From: Octopus vulgaris
Lineage: Eukaryota
Direction: 5' to 3'
Assembly: GCA_951406725.2 (NCBI GenBank)
Contig: OX597819.1
Location: 131,440,001-131,504,000, forward strand
Length of the DNA: 64,000 nucleotides
The translations under genes were made by a program, and so were the position numbers. Below the pieces are notes generated by a model. That model did not search any database. It saw only the letters and a program-made list of their open reading frames with translations, and was not told the DNA's origin. Position 1 is the stretch's first letter. Each line of letters begins with the position of its first letter. Of the stretch, positions 24,397 to 38,700 are shown piece after piece.

Positions 24397-24700
24397 GGAG
24401 GCACATGGCCTAGTGGTTAGAGCAGTGGACTCGCGGTCGAGGGATCGTGGGTTCGAATCTCAGACCGGGTGTTGTGTGTGTTTATGAGCGAAACACCTAA
24501 GCCTCACATGGATCTGGCAGAAGGTAATGGTGAACTTCTGCTGACTCTTTTGCCACAACTTTCTCTCTCACTCTTTCCTCCTGCATCTTGCAGCTCACCT
24601 GCAACAGACCGGCATCCTGTCCAGGTGGGGAACTTATACGCCAAGGAAACCAGGAAACCGGCCCTTATGAGCTGGGCATGGCTCGAGAAAGAACAAACAA
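24397..24700 (+). mobile_element. Second tRNA-derived SINE family, nested in a family A copy
   Basis: tggcctagtggttagagc...gggttcgaatctc tRNA-like head; 14-bp TSD aatcaaagacttgt (24383-24396 / 24701-24714); related heads at about 16400, 29280 and 63545. Confidence 0.85.
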
Positions 24701-24753
24701 AATCAAAGACTTGTAAGTGAATTTGGTAGACAGTAATTGAAAGAAACTCGTTG

Positions 24754-25071
<318 letters not shown>

Positions 25072-25383
25072 TCATCATCATCATCATCATTTAGCGTCCG
25101 CTTTCCATACTGGCATGGGTTGGACGGTGCAACTGGGGTCTGGGAAGCCAGAAGGCTGCACCAGGCCCAGTCTGATCTGGCCATGTTTCTACGGCTGGAT
25201 GCCCTTCCTAATGCCAACCACTCCATGAGTGTAGTGGGTGCTTTTTACGTGCCAGACGAGGATATATATATACATATATATATCTCCTTCTTCCCTTCTT
25301 TCCTGAGCGTCCAATAATACTTTATTTGTTCCACGTCCTCGCGTTGTTGTTTTTTTGTTTTTTTTGTTTTCTTGTTTGGTTTA

Positions 25384-25950
<567 letters not shown>

Positions 25951-26424
25951 GCATAGATTGTTTGAAGTGGTGTACAGATTTTATACATTGAGGAGAAGGT
26001 GATAGGTCAGGATTTGGATAAAAACTATGTATTTAGCACTTCCGTCCCTTTCAGGGATTAATCTTGATGAATCCCTAAAAGAGACGAAAGTATTAGATAA
26101 TTAGTTTGTAATCAAGTCTTGGCTATCTCTTTTTTTATTAATATATATGTATAGGCATGTGTTTATTTGTCCCCCCCACCACCACCATGACTTGACGACC
26201 GGTGTTGGTGTGTTTACGTCCCCATAAATTAGGCACAGGTGTGGCTCTGTTGAAAGAAGTTTGCTTCCCAACCACAGAGTTCTGGGTTCAGTCCCACTGT
26301 GTGGCACCTTGGGTGAGTGTCTTCTACAATAGCCTCATGCCGACCAAAGCCTTGTGAATGGATTTGGTAGCTGGAAACTGAAAGAAGCCCATCATGTATA
26401 TACATATATATATCATCGTTATCA

Positions 26425-27230
26425 TCATCATTCAGTATCCAGCTTTCCATGCTGGCATGGGTTAGATGGTTTGACTGGAACTGGTAAGCTGGAGAGCTGC
26501 ATCGAATTCCAATCTGATTTGGCTTGGTTTCTATGGCTGGATGCCCTTCCTAATGCCAACCACTCTGAGAGTGTAACGAGTGCTTTTTACATGTCACTGA
26601 CACTGTCCATGACTACAATTTCACTTGGCCTGATGAGTCATCTCAAGCACAGCAAATCATCAAAGGTCATGATCACCTGTCGTTGCCTCCGTGAGGCCCA
26701 ACATTTGAAGAGCATGTTTCACCACTTCATTCCATATTTTCCTGGGTCTACTTCTTCCATAGATTCCCTCTACAGTTTGAGATCCACACTTCTTTACACA
26801 GCTCTCCTCTTCCATACGCATCACATGGCCATACCAGCACAGTCGTCTCTCTTGCACACCACATCTGAAGCCTCTTATGCCCAATTTTTCTCTCAAGATG
26901 CTCACACACCATCATATATACACACTGACATTGCAAATCCAGTGAAGCCTCCTAGATTTCTTTCTTTCAAGCTTTCGCATTTCCTCTGCCATCACAGACC
27001 ATGATTCACTTCTGTATAACATGCAAGTTCCCACAGAGGCTTCATACAATCTGCCTTTCACTGTGAGGAAGAAGAAGCCCTTTATAGCTGTCTGAACTTT
27101 GCCCAGCCTATTCTCATTCAAGCAGCTATGTCCTTAGAGTATTCACCTCCACTGCTGACTTGGTCACCTAGATAATGAAAGCTATCAATTACTTCTAGGT
27201 ATCCCCATTGGCATTTAATGGAGTCTGTTT
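26425..27230 (-). mobile_element. RTE-clade LINE 3' fragment with (GAT)n tail
   Basis: LREKLGIRGFRCGVQERRLCWYGHVMRM...GRSRPRKIWNEVVK, followed by the 3' UTR shared with many short copies. Confidence 0.85.
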
Positions 27231-28835
27231 TCTGTATATTTCTAGTGTTTATTGTACCTCTACATCCGCCACACACACAAAAACTGCCCCCCCCCTACAC
27301 ACACATAATTGTCATCATCATCATCATCATTTAACATCTGTTGTCCATGCTGGCATGAGTTGGATATTTTGACCAGGGCTGGCAAGCCTAGAAGGCTACA
27401 CCACACTCCAGTCTGATTTGGAATGGTTTTCTATGGCTGGATGCCCTTCCAACCACTCTGAGAGTGTAATGGGTGCTTTTATGTGTCACTAGCATGGGTG
27501 CCATTTGCGTGATACCAGTATCTGCCATGACTGTGATTTTGCTTGGCTTGATGGGTTTTCTCAAGCACGACATAATGTCAAAAGTCCCAGTCATTGTCTC
27601 TGTGAGACCCAACATTCAAAAGGAACTCAGCCAGTTCGCCTCTGTGAGGCCCAATGTTTGAATATATATCATCATCATTTAGCGTCCACTTTCCATGCTG
27701 GCCTGGGTTGGACATTTCAATTGGGGTCTGGGAAGCCAGAAAGCTGCACCAAGCCCAGTCTGATCTGGCAATGTTTCTACGGCTGAAGGCCCTTCCTAAC
27801 GCCAACCACTCCGTGAGTGTAGTGGGTGCTTTTACGTGCCGCCGGCACAGGTGCCAGACGAGGCTGGCAAATGGCCACAATCGGATGGTGCTTTTTACGT
27901 GCCACTGGCACTGGTATCACAGCTGCAATTTCCATTGATGTTGATCGATTTCGATTCCGATTTTGATTTTCACTTACCTCAACAGGTCTTCAAAAGTAGT
28001 TTTGTGTCCCAAGAAGGAAAGGTATGCATAAGTGGACTGGCTACATCCCAGGTAGAGGCCACGGGTTATGGTCTCACTTGTCCTGCCGGGTCTTCTCATG
28101 CACAGCATACTTCCAAAGGTCTCGGTTATATATATATAATCATAATAGGAGCAACTACTGAGTAGCGCCACATGTTAGAAGAAGACGTGGCACTTCTCAA
28201 TAGTTGCCCTTATCATAATTATATTTATAAAATTAAATACTTTGTATTAATTTTTACCTAAACGGTCTTTACATGCTAGCTACTTGATAAAACCCTCTAT
28301 AGATTTTATCTGTCCATAGTTGAAAGACACCTGTTGTTATGTCCTGTTATTTGTATTTGTGTAACATTCTCTGTTTTTTTTTTCCGTCCTTGTTTTCATA
28401 TACATTCACTGCTTTCTTCCAAGGAATCTAATGCTCTTAGCTTAGTTTTTCCTTGGGGCTGGCCAGATTGGAGCAATCTCAAGTATAACCAGCTGAAATT
28501 GCAAAGATAATCTGGAACTCGACTGAGGAAAGAAAACTCCAAATGACCCGTCCTTGTTTTCTTTGTATCATCTATCTGGATGTTTTGTTGTCCCTTTTTT
28601 GTATCACCTAACTGTGTGGATGTTTTGCGTTCTTGTCCATTTTAGTATTTTATATATATATATACAAATTGAGATAGGGGTTGTAAATGCAACCCTCTAT
28701 GGGATAACGTATATCCAATATACTGCCAGTGAAGTACCCAACAAAGTTAATACATAAATGTTAATGATTGCGATGCAATCAATTCATTTACTGTATTATA
28801 TGGGCAAAGGTAAAATGATTTACCACAAATTACTA

Positions 28836-29180
28836 ATACAAGATAAGAAAATGGAGAAATACATCTAAATCAAATGTCATATACCAGATAATACTCAATC
28901 ACATACTTTATTAAACCACCACATAAGAGACTGTAGGGATAAATATAAAAAGCAGAACAAATCAGTGTACATAAAGGAATGTACATAAAAAAGTGTACAT
29001 AAAAGAGTATTATACAACATTACTCTTTTATGTACATTCCTTTATGTACACTGATTTGTTCTGCTTTTTATATTTAACCCTACAGTCTCTTATGTGGTGG
29101 TTTAATAAAGTATGTGATTGAGTATTATCTGGTAATTCATATTTGATTTAGATGTATTTCTCCATTTTCTTATCTTGTAT
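28836..29180. repeat. Large fold-back (about 160-bp arms, 11-nt loop) abutting (TA)n
   Basis: atacaagataagaaaatggag...aaaagagta ttatacaacat tactctttt...ctccattttcttatcttgtat. Confidence 0.93.
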
Positions 29181-29203
29181 ATATATATATATATGTGTGT
29201 ATG

Positions 29204-29263
<60 letters not shown>

Positions 29264-30050
29264 AGAGAGAGAGATATCCATGGCTGGCTCAGTGGTTAGT
29301 GTTGGGCTCACAATCATGAGATTGTGAGTTCAATTCCCTGACCGGTGTATGTGTGTTGTGTTCTTGAGCAAGACACTTTATTCCACATTCCTCCAGTTTG
29401 CTCAGCCGTAGAAATGAGTTGTGACATCACTGGTGCCAAGCTGTATTGGCCCTTTTGCCTTTCCCTTGGATAACATCAATGGCATGGAGAGAGGAAGCTG
29501 GTATGCATGGGTGACCACTGGTCTTCCATCAACACTCTTTTAATTAAGAACTGAACATTAAAAATAAGAAAACAACGAAAGTAAAAGTGGGTGGAGTGAG
29601 TTTTTTTACATTTTGGGCATAGCTCTTCATCAGAAAGAGGAGAAAGGAAATGTCCAGAGAAGGAAATATAGAATGTGTGTCTGTGTTTGTCCCAACCAGT
29701 CTTGGTTTGTTTACATCCCTGCAACATAATGGCTTGGTAAAAGGAGACAAATAGAATAAGTGCAAGACTTAGGAAATAACACTGAGTTTGATTTACTTGA
29801 CTAAATTCTTCCATGCCTCAGCATGGCCGTAGTCTAATGACTGAAGCAAGTGAAAGAAGATTGTAATTGTCTACATTTCCCCCCCTAATCGTCTTTTTTT
29901 TTTATATATGAACTCTTGAAGGCTATTCTGAAACTCCACAGAGATTTTTGCTACTGATAAATAAATTATCTTTGTTTATGAAAGAAAACAATCTTGGTTA
30001 GTTACCAGAAAAAAGAAGAAGATATTAATAGAATGAATGCATCTGGTTAA

Positions 30051-31139
30051 AGATTTGGACAAAAACCCCTAGGACAAAACCTCCTAAGTGCAAAAACGGA
30101 CAAAACCCCGTTGGTTATAATTTTGGCAGAGGTGTACAATAGGGATGCACCCATTTTCTAAAATTTTTTCAGATTCTGACGTTTTTGTTAACGGAGATTC
30201 CGATTCTGACAAAAGATTGGCAGTTCAAAATTTAAATCATTTCTCCTCACTACATCTATTTATTTGTTTTTTTTCTTCTTTTTTTGCGAAAAGTATACTT
30301 GGATTCTACGTATATAAATACGGACATAATGATTATGAAAAATGTTTTTTTCCAAACTTTCAATTTAAAAATTAAAAAAAATGACAACCTTCCCCCTCTC
30401 TCCTTCACAACCCCATCAATATTCCGGATGTTTATAACTCGTTTACTCATTTGCGCATGCGTAGGTGATTTTCAGTTACGCCTAGAAGGTCTCTACACAT
30501 GCTAGAAATAGCAGCCAAATCCCTTAATTAAAAAAAAATTATGTACATAAACAAAAACGGAAATGACGATTGCGAAAACTTTTGTTTTCCAAAATTCCAA
30601 TTTTTAAATATACAAAAATATATTCAATCGAAAATAGATAAGTAGAATAAAATAACAGAACACAAGAGACTTTAGTATTAGATGTACATATTTTCTGAAT
30701 TCTAACATAAAAAAGGAAGGCATTAACTTCAAATGTGTTTTACAAGTGAAAAACATTGCTTGTCATCATCATCATCATCACCACCATCATCATCATCGCT
30801 ATCACCACCGCCAAAACTGTTATTAGCAATTAAATTACCATTACTACCACCAACAGCAACAAACTGGTGTCATTCATCATTATCATCATCGTCATGATCG
30901 AAATTGAATTTTAGAACAAAAAAAAAATGACAGAACCAGAAACTCCGTTATCGAAATCTATAGATAAGAATTTTTTTTAAAAAATGGAGTGGGATGCTTA
31001 TAATACACCTCTGCCAAAAATATAACCGATGGGGTTTTTGTCCGCTTTCGGACTTTAACTTCGGGGGGGGGGGTTGTCCTAGTGTGCGTGTGCGGAGTGG
31101 GGTGGGATGCGGGTGGTGGTGGGGTTTGTCCTATTCTCG
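30051..31139. mobile_element. Non-autonomous Mutator-like (MULE) DNA transposon with long TIRs
   Basis: Imperfect TIRs at about 30052-30212 and 30925-31139 (shared cggacaaaa-cccc..ggttata.ttttggcagaggtgta and taacggag..tc.g.ttctg); direct repeat tctggttaa(a) at 30042-30050 and 31140-31148. Confidence 0.75.
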
Positions 31140-31161
31140 TCTGGTTAAATTAATTTTCTGA

Positions 31162-31213
31162 GCGGAAGCGGAAGTGACGAAATTGTTCGGCCTGACAGCA
31201 TTCCAAGATGGCG
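31162..31213 (+). promoter_or_regulatory. Putative ALIX core promoter: tandem ETS sites, ETS/half-CRE overlap, YY1-like motif over the ATG
   Basis: gCGGAAGCGGAAGTGACG at 31162-31179; CCAAGATGGCG at 31203-31213; motifs typical of TATA-less housekeeping promoters. Confidence 0.6.
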
Positions 31214-31410
31214 TCGTTTCTGGGTGTCCAGCTGAAAAAGACCTACGAGGTCGATTTAGTGAAGCCTATGAGAACTTTTATAGAAAATATGATTAGTTCG
31301 GCTGACGTTAACGAATATAATAGTTCTCTGAATGAATTCAATAAGCTTAGAAATTCCATGATGGCCAAATCGGTCGACAAACACGAATCTGCTTTGGAAG
31401 TCCTCTACAG
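31208..31410 (+). CDS. PDCD6IP: ALIX / programmed cell death 6-interacting protein, coding exon 1 (Bro1 domain N-terminus)
   Basis: ATG in ccaagATGG context; MASFLGVQLKKTYEVDLVKPM...HESALEVLYR resembles the ALIX N-terminus; donor ag|gtaacg; 203 nt, ends phase 2. Confidence 0.95.
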
Positions 31411-32743
31411 GTAACGTCAATACCTTTCCCGTTGTCACATGAATCAGTCTTTTTATTGTTTATTTTTAGATTTCGTTTATTACCTTTATCACCTGTTTGA
31501 TGGTTTAAATTTAAAAAAGAAATCGCTTGACACTCGCTTAAATTATGCCTCATCGAAGTGTTACTCCATTCCCGTGATTGGAAAAATAAAAACTACAGCT
31601 TTCGATTGTTTGTCAATAAAACTTGTTTTTCTGCCTAAATATTTCTTCCATTTCAGCTGTTCTCGGGTGTCAGATTTCCATAGAGACCTTTCTTATTTAT
31701 TATAAATACCAGAGCCTTTCTCTTATAAGAATATTTAACTGAATGTTTCTTTCATCGATCTCATCTCCGATCGAATATTCGCGATTGGCGAATATGTCTG
31801 CTTGAAGGAAAATCTAATCGAATGTGTACGATTTAATATGTTTTTTTATTGGGTTTGGAGTCTTTTGTTAGTAATTAACAAAAGAACCGTTGACAATAGT
31901 TTGACAAGCCGGAAGGAGAATTGTCAACAACTGCGAAGAAGGATGTTGTGATGAGAGGAGGGGGAGAAGGAAGTGGAACGGCGGACGAGTCCACTTTGAG
32001 TGGGAAGGGATTACAGGCTGTTGTCTCCCCTTTGTCAGTTTTCAATCGGGCACCTGAACAAGTTGCAACAACTTGATGAAATCCTTTGGCCCATCCATGC
32101 AAACAAAGATAAGAATTAAAGTCTCTCTTCGGAGACTTACGAAAATTCGTTACAAGTGAGACATTTTACTTTATTTTAAACATTTTATTTCTCTTTTCTT
32201 TTTCTATTCCCAACATAAAAAGTCAGGAAATAATATTTAATATAATTAATTTCTTTGTAGATATTTTCGTTTATGATTTTCAAACTTAAAGTTTAGGTTT
32301 CTCTCAAAATATTTCTCGAAATTGTAATTTTTTTTAACTGAAAATTCACCATTTCTTTTCATATTCATATTCTGGACAAGTTGTATTCATTGTTGTTTGA
32401 AATTTTTTTTACATAACTTTCATTGAAGAAAGCTTTGTCTTGGCCCAGATGTAAATAAATCCTTTTTGTCTCCAAGTGCCTGCCTCAAGAATATTACGTT
32501 AAAGTTATTTCTATAAAAATATCCCATGTAACGCATAACTTTCTCTCTTATAATTTACTCTCACCTCAGTTTTCTACATTTTAATTGTCAGATTAGCAAC
32601 TTTCATACATTTTCCCCATCAACTTTATTAGCTAATGTTATGAAACTTGTATGATTTTTCTAACAAATTCAACAATTTTTCCATTCCACGAATTTCATCT
32701 TCAGCACGTATAATTCTTATTCCAATTTCACCGTGTAATGTGG

Positions 32744-32778
<35 letters not shown>

Positions 32779-35700
32779 CATATATCTATAATAATTGTGT
32801 GTGTGTGCAATAGCCTGCACTATAATACACATGATATAAAATCCCCTCCTGGTACCGCACGTATTTACTTACAACTGTCTTTGTTCAAGTTCAAAAATAC
32901 CCAATTAGCATTCCAAGCAAATAATTTTTATTGTTTTAACTGCCTCCAAATAATTTGTTTTTGGTTTGGCTACATTTTCCTCGTGTATCTGTTTTTTAAG
33001 ATATTTCTCTGAAGTGGATTGCATGTTGACACTTTGTTTGTCTTTATTTCCTTTCAAAACTATTTTCAGTGTTAATGCAATGAACTTTCATTCAATTGTT
33101 GCTATATCTTGCTGTAAAAAAAAAACCCAACTATTCTAATGTATTTTCCCTGTTAGCCTCCTCAGAGATTTTCTTTACAGCAAAGTCAAATAATTTTTGA
33201 AAAGCTGTCTTCTTTAATCACAAGAAATAAATTCAACTTTCGTTTGAAATATATTTTTCTGTACTTTTTGTCCCCTTTTAGCTCTGTCTATCATCATCTC
33301 CAAAGACAGCCTATTACTTTATAACTAATGGAATTGTTTTAAAAAATCCTCTCTCAACTAATTAACAAGTCCCTTCTACTATTATATGTGAGGATTGTTG
33401 TTTTCTAAACCGTTTTTTTCCCCTTGTTTTGTAATATATTCCCTGTTGGTACCCTCATTATACCCGAGGAGTCGTTTCCTGTCAGAACTGTTCAACGCTG
33501 CAAACACACTCATGTTACCAGCATTTTTAAATATCGTGCATTGTTTATCCTATCTTTAGCACCAAACCAACTTCCTGTTGCTCTCTTTGTTCCTAATAGA
33601 AATATTTTGGATCTCGCCTTGCTTAAGAATTATTAAAGCAAAACAATGCGCTTGAAATACTTCGGTCGACTGCAATGCGGCTGCAGTCAGCTGTTGATCC
33701 CCACTTTTCTGGGTTTTAAATGTTTGTGAAGCGAACAGGTCGAAGGGGGCAACTTACAATGAATTTGTTTCGGGGTAAACTAGACAAAATTTGGCAATTG
33801 CTTTATATATATATATATATATATATATATTTTTCCGTGTGAGCTTATGCGTTAATGTGTGTCTTATGTATATGCATACACACACACACAAAGGAATCGG
33901 TGGTTTGTAGTGAAACGGGCAAGTGTATTTCGCCATGCATTGTGACGTATTTATGACAACTGCAATCGGGTTTTGGGGCGATGCATTTTTCCCTCGCTTC
34001 TCATTACAACATTCCTTTCAATATATATTTTTTCACTGATTCATGAAACCCGTTTGTGACTATAAAACTTCTTTTCTTGTTAAACCCGCAATCCTAATAC
34101 TGTGTGTATTATCTAATATCGATAAGAAAGCTCATTCAGGGAATCCGTTATATCACCGCGGCTTTGAATGATTTTCTTCTTTCATTCGTTTTGTGTTCGT
34201 TACTGTTTGGGGAGTTTTTTGTTTTAATTCTGTGTTCTCTTAACCGAAAAGAAACCGTTTAGGTCTCCGTCAATGTAGACGGGTGGTGCTTGAGCGCTTG
34301 TTGATAGTAGTTTCAAGCTGTGACCAGTGACTGGGAGGAGGGAAATCACGTAGAACTAGAAATGCTACAATAAAAAAAAAGAACAGGTGAAAGGACTAAA
34401 GTTTACTCGTTATCAATAATTAGATTTATGTTCGTTGAGGACCGTTAAAAATCCTTATCAACATTTGGAACTTGGTCCTAATAAACTCATTTGAAGTGCT
34501 GTGAATTTACAATTTGCTGGATTATAAATACTTGATATTACAGTGAAAACTTTTGTAGATTTTTTCGAGTGCTTCTTAAGCATTTTCTAGCATCAGAATA
34601 TCAAGACAAGTTGATTCTTGCTTTGACCAAAGTAAATCGGTTTGAAACTCGTGTCGAAAGAAACTGAACTTCAAAAAATCTTATAATTAATTTGCAGCCA
34701 ACCCAAGACATTAAAAAGGTTTTCTTCAACCTGACAAGACTCAAGTATTTCTGAGATGAAATCTTAAACGTACTCTGCCTACCTACCTTCAGTTTCAGCT
34801 CCCTCAGAGAAAAATCATCGCCCCCCTCCCCAGCCCTCCAGTAAATACATCTCGTTTGTGGTGTGTATAATCATCGTTTAACGACCGCTTTCCATGCTGG
34901 CATGGGTTGGACGGTTCAACTGAGAACTGGCAAGCCAGGGGGCTGCACCAGGATCCAGTCTGATCTGGCAAGGTTTCTACAGCTGGATGCCCTTCCTAAC
35001 GCCAACCACTCCGTGAGTGTAGTGGGTGCTTCATACGTGCCACTGACACGGGAGCCAGTCAGACGGCATATATATAAAAAAATATATATACACATACACC
35101 GTTTCACAGTTAAGTACCTTAATTATGAGGTAGTAAAGTCGTTGGGTTGGTCCCAGGTCGGTCTTGATTGAGCAGATTTATGATTTAAGATGTTCAAACT
35201 GTGACCATCTCGTCTTTTTCGAACTACATCTTTATAACTATAGGTACGGGGGTGGTGGTGATTTGTCTGCTATTTCTAGCTGAGCGAGCGATTTGGTATT
35301 GCCGGTGCTGGTGTGTTTATGTTCCGACTTCACCCATCCCCATTAAAACACACGTACACCCCACTCCCGCCTCACCCGAGTGTTGCCACTTGAAAAGTCC
35401 TCTCCTTTGAATCTCCCCCAACCCCCGACAGATACTCACCCCTACCAAAGTCTGGGAAGACGACTCTTCAAGCGATCCATTTATTGAAGCCTTAAAAGCC
35501 CTACGAGACCCTGTTAAGATTTCGGGTTTGGTTCTTCGTTGCAGAGAAAAGATCTTCTCCCTCCCCAAATCATTTCAGTGTTTCAATTCTCTTTGTTTTT
35601 TCTCCGTCACCGTTAAGCCTCATTTGTTTCTTTCTTCCTGACTCACATCTGAATCACGTATCGTGTTTCTTTTCTATTTTAAAGTTTCATTTTAAAAGCT

Positions 35701-38700
35701 AAAATATCTCGGCTGCTTCTCCTTTGTATTATGTGACCTACAACAACAACAACAACAACACACTTGAGACGATGACCCAGCAAAATAGTTTCAAAGAAGC
35801 CTACTTATATAAGAAGCCACTTTAAGTCAAACAACAATTGTTGTGAGAATATTTTTTGTTAAAGTTTCGGAGGTTGTTTATATCCTTTGTTTCACAAAAG
35901 TATTCTGTGGTTGTGATCCGAATCCAAATTCAAATTTAATCTCGCTCATTTCGAAAAACAAAGCCCGTCGTCACACCCTGCCCCAGCGGCACCTTTTTAG
36001 AAGTTCAGTGACTTCTTCACTCATTGTGAAAATTCACAGAACACAGTCAGGCAGAAAATAATCAACCTTTTTTAACACTTTTCATTGTTTAGAAAAAAAT
36101 TGTAAACTTACGAAAAGCTATTTATGAATGTCCGTATAACAAAGACCATTGTTATCCCTGGTGGACGAGGCTGAAAGAGTCGAGGAAAGGCACTTTACTC
36201 ATCGGTCAAGCTCTCGACTCTTTTGCGGATCCTCTTGGAAATTGAGGCAAGTGGGTACCTCTCAGTGAATTTGCGAAAAGACGGGTGACTCTGTCAAAAA
36301 CGGTCTAATGTGAATGGCCCTACTCTAAGTATGCACCTGTAGACTGGAGGGCAGGAGAGAGGGCTCGTATCTTGGTTGGTCAGGGTAATCCTGGATCTGT
36401 GTGGTTCCTTGATTGGCCCTAGTTGGGGTTTCTTTTGCATCAATCATGTTATCATACACTTTGTATACTTTAATCGCATTTCAGTGATTTTTTTCTATTC
36501 TTTTCTCCTCGTCCTTTATGCAAATCCCCACAGAAATTGTCTGCCAGTCCTTGTGATGTGCCCTGCATGTAAGCCCCTGTGGCTAATAGCCAGCTGGCAG
36601 AATCGTTAAGCACGCCGGACAATGCTTAGCAGCATTTTGTCCGTCTTTATGTTCCAAGTTCAAATTCCGCCGAAATCAACTTAGCCTTTCATCCTTTCGG
36701 AGTCAATAACATAAATACCAGTCATGTACTGAGGTCGATGTAATTGACTTATTCCAGAACTTATTTTGACCGTGTGCCAAAATTTTAAATCAATATTATT
36801 CTTATTTTTATTTAACGGTTACTATGTTGTGTCTGGGGAGGGTCCTTTTCTTTTTGTGCCTTATTATTTAACACACACTCACCGGTAAAATTCCCACTTA
36901 TTTCTTATTTTTATTTTCCTAAAATTTCCGTTGCATCTTGCAACCTTTTCAATAGTCTTGACTCTCTAGTTGTAATGAAAACTCTGCAATAGTCAACCGT
37001 GAAGGAATAAAGTTGTGTGTTTTTATTTATTTTAATGGCAGGTGAAATAATCAGATCCACCTGCTCCGGCAGCTGCTAAAATCTTTTCTATGACCACCTT
37101 GTTCTTTTAAGCAATCTCTGCCCCCCACCTCTTGACAGGTGTATATAGTTTACCTATTTAAGAGAGTGCGCTTATATATATATATATATAATATATTTAA
37201 TAAGGCAGGTGCAAGACGTTCTGTCAATAATTAAAATACTATCATTCCTATTTTCTTGCACCATGTGCTTTTTTTCCTGCAGAAATTTTGTTCCTATTAA
37301 TTTTTGTTTTAAATTTCAAATACAAAGACTAAAAACTTTTATTCATTCTGTAAAATAGTGAAACAAAGTAGTTGACACATTTCCTAAATATTCGGTAAAC
37401 TTCGGAAAGTGGGAAGTTGCGCAACCAATGTTCATAGCAACAGTAATTCTAATTTTGGTACAATAGTTCTTTTTTGAGGGGAGGGGGGAAGGAGTTAAGT
37501 TGCTATCATCGCTCTCAGTACTTTACCTCATCGACCCCCCCCCCCCCCGAAGAGAGGAAAGGCAAAGTTGACGGTGCTATTGTTAAAAGCCGGGAGAAAT
37601 AACGTTCAGTATTTTTGTTCGACGCACCAAACAGTTCTGCCAGTTCACTTTGATAGAGATTTTTCTTATTGTTTGCCACGGTGGCATCAGATGAAAGGGA
37701 TATTACAAGACCCGTTTAGTTTTTGTGCAGGGGAAGAAAGGGGGAAAAAGACGGTGAAATGGAATTAGCCACAAGGGCCTATTTAATAAGACAATAACGG
37801 GAGTCATTTTAAAAATAGGTATTTATTCTATTGTTGTTGTTGTAAGATAATGTCGTTTCTGAGCTTTAAAAACCCAGTAAATATTTTCTGCTTCCTTTGT
37901 TATGCGTCCTCGTGCGGTAGTTGTGACTTATTTAAATTTTCATTGAATTGCTTCCTCCCCTCCTCCTTTCTCCTCCTCCTCCTTCCTCCTAGACGACCCA
38001 CAGTTTGTGGTAGAGGCAAGTAAAAGCCGGGCACGTGTCGGTTGACAATAAGGACTCGTCCTGTGATTAAGAAAGGACCAGATGGTGGGGGTCGGGGTCG
38101 GGATAGACGCACAAGGGAAGCGTGTTTCACGCGTCGGTTTTCCTTCGTACCGTCCCCATTTGTTGGCCCTTTGTAGTAGTAGTAGTAGTAGTAGTAGTGC
38201 TGTACCTTAAACATGTTCGAAGGGTTTGTTTTGAATATTTTTTAACAAGCAGACAACGATGTCACTCTCTTTCTTTCTCTCCCTCTCTCTCATTAGTCAA
38301 TAACATAACTTGGGAAACGTGTTTAGTGGTGAAACTAATTTGATTTGGGATTTAAAATTATTTCTGCTGCAGCTGAACGGATTTCACAATCAACCGAAAT
38401 TCTTGCTTGAACCCCCCCCCCTCCCTCTTCACGTCCGTTATTACACCACCGAAACCCATCGAAGAGATTGTGTGTGTCACGATTATTTTCTCATGAGGTT
38501 CTAACTTTTGAAAAAAGGGGTACAAAAAGAAAAGTGGATTTAGGTGGGTAGATTTGTTACGGATTATAAACCGTCCGGCAACATCAGATTAAAATCTTGT
38601 ATACCAATATAAGCTTTTAGGGATTAGAAGAACAAACAGCTGAGGAGAAGTGTTTTCTCAGTTGTAATTCAAGACTATTGTTAAAAGATTTGTAGTCTCT

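Noticed and set aside
24397-24475. tRNA gene-like sequence (also at about 16400, 29280 and 63545)
   Set aside because: Each continues into a SINE body (with a TSD in the 24397 case) and has no proper acceptor stem; these are SINE heads, not tRNA genes.
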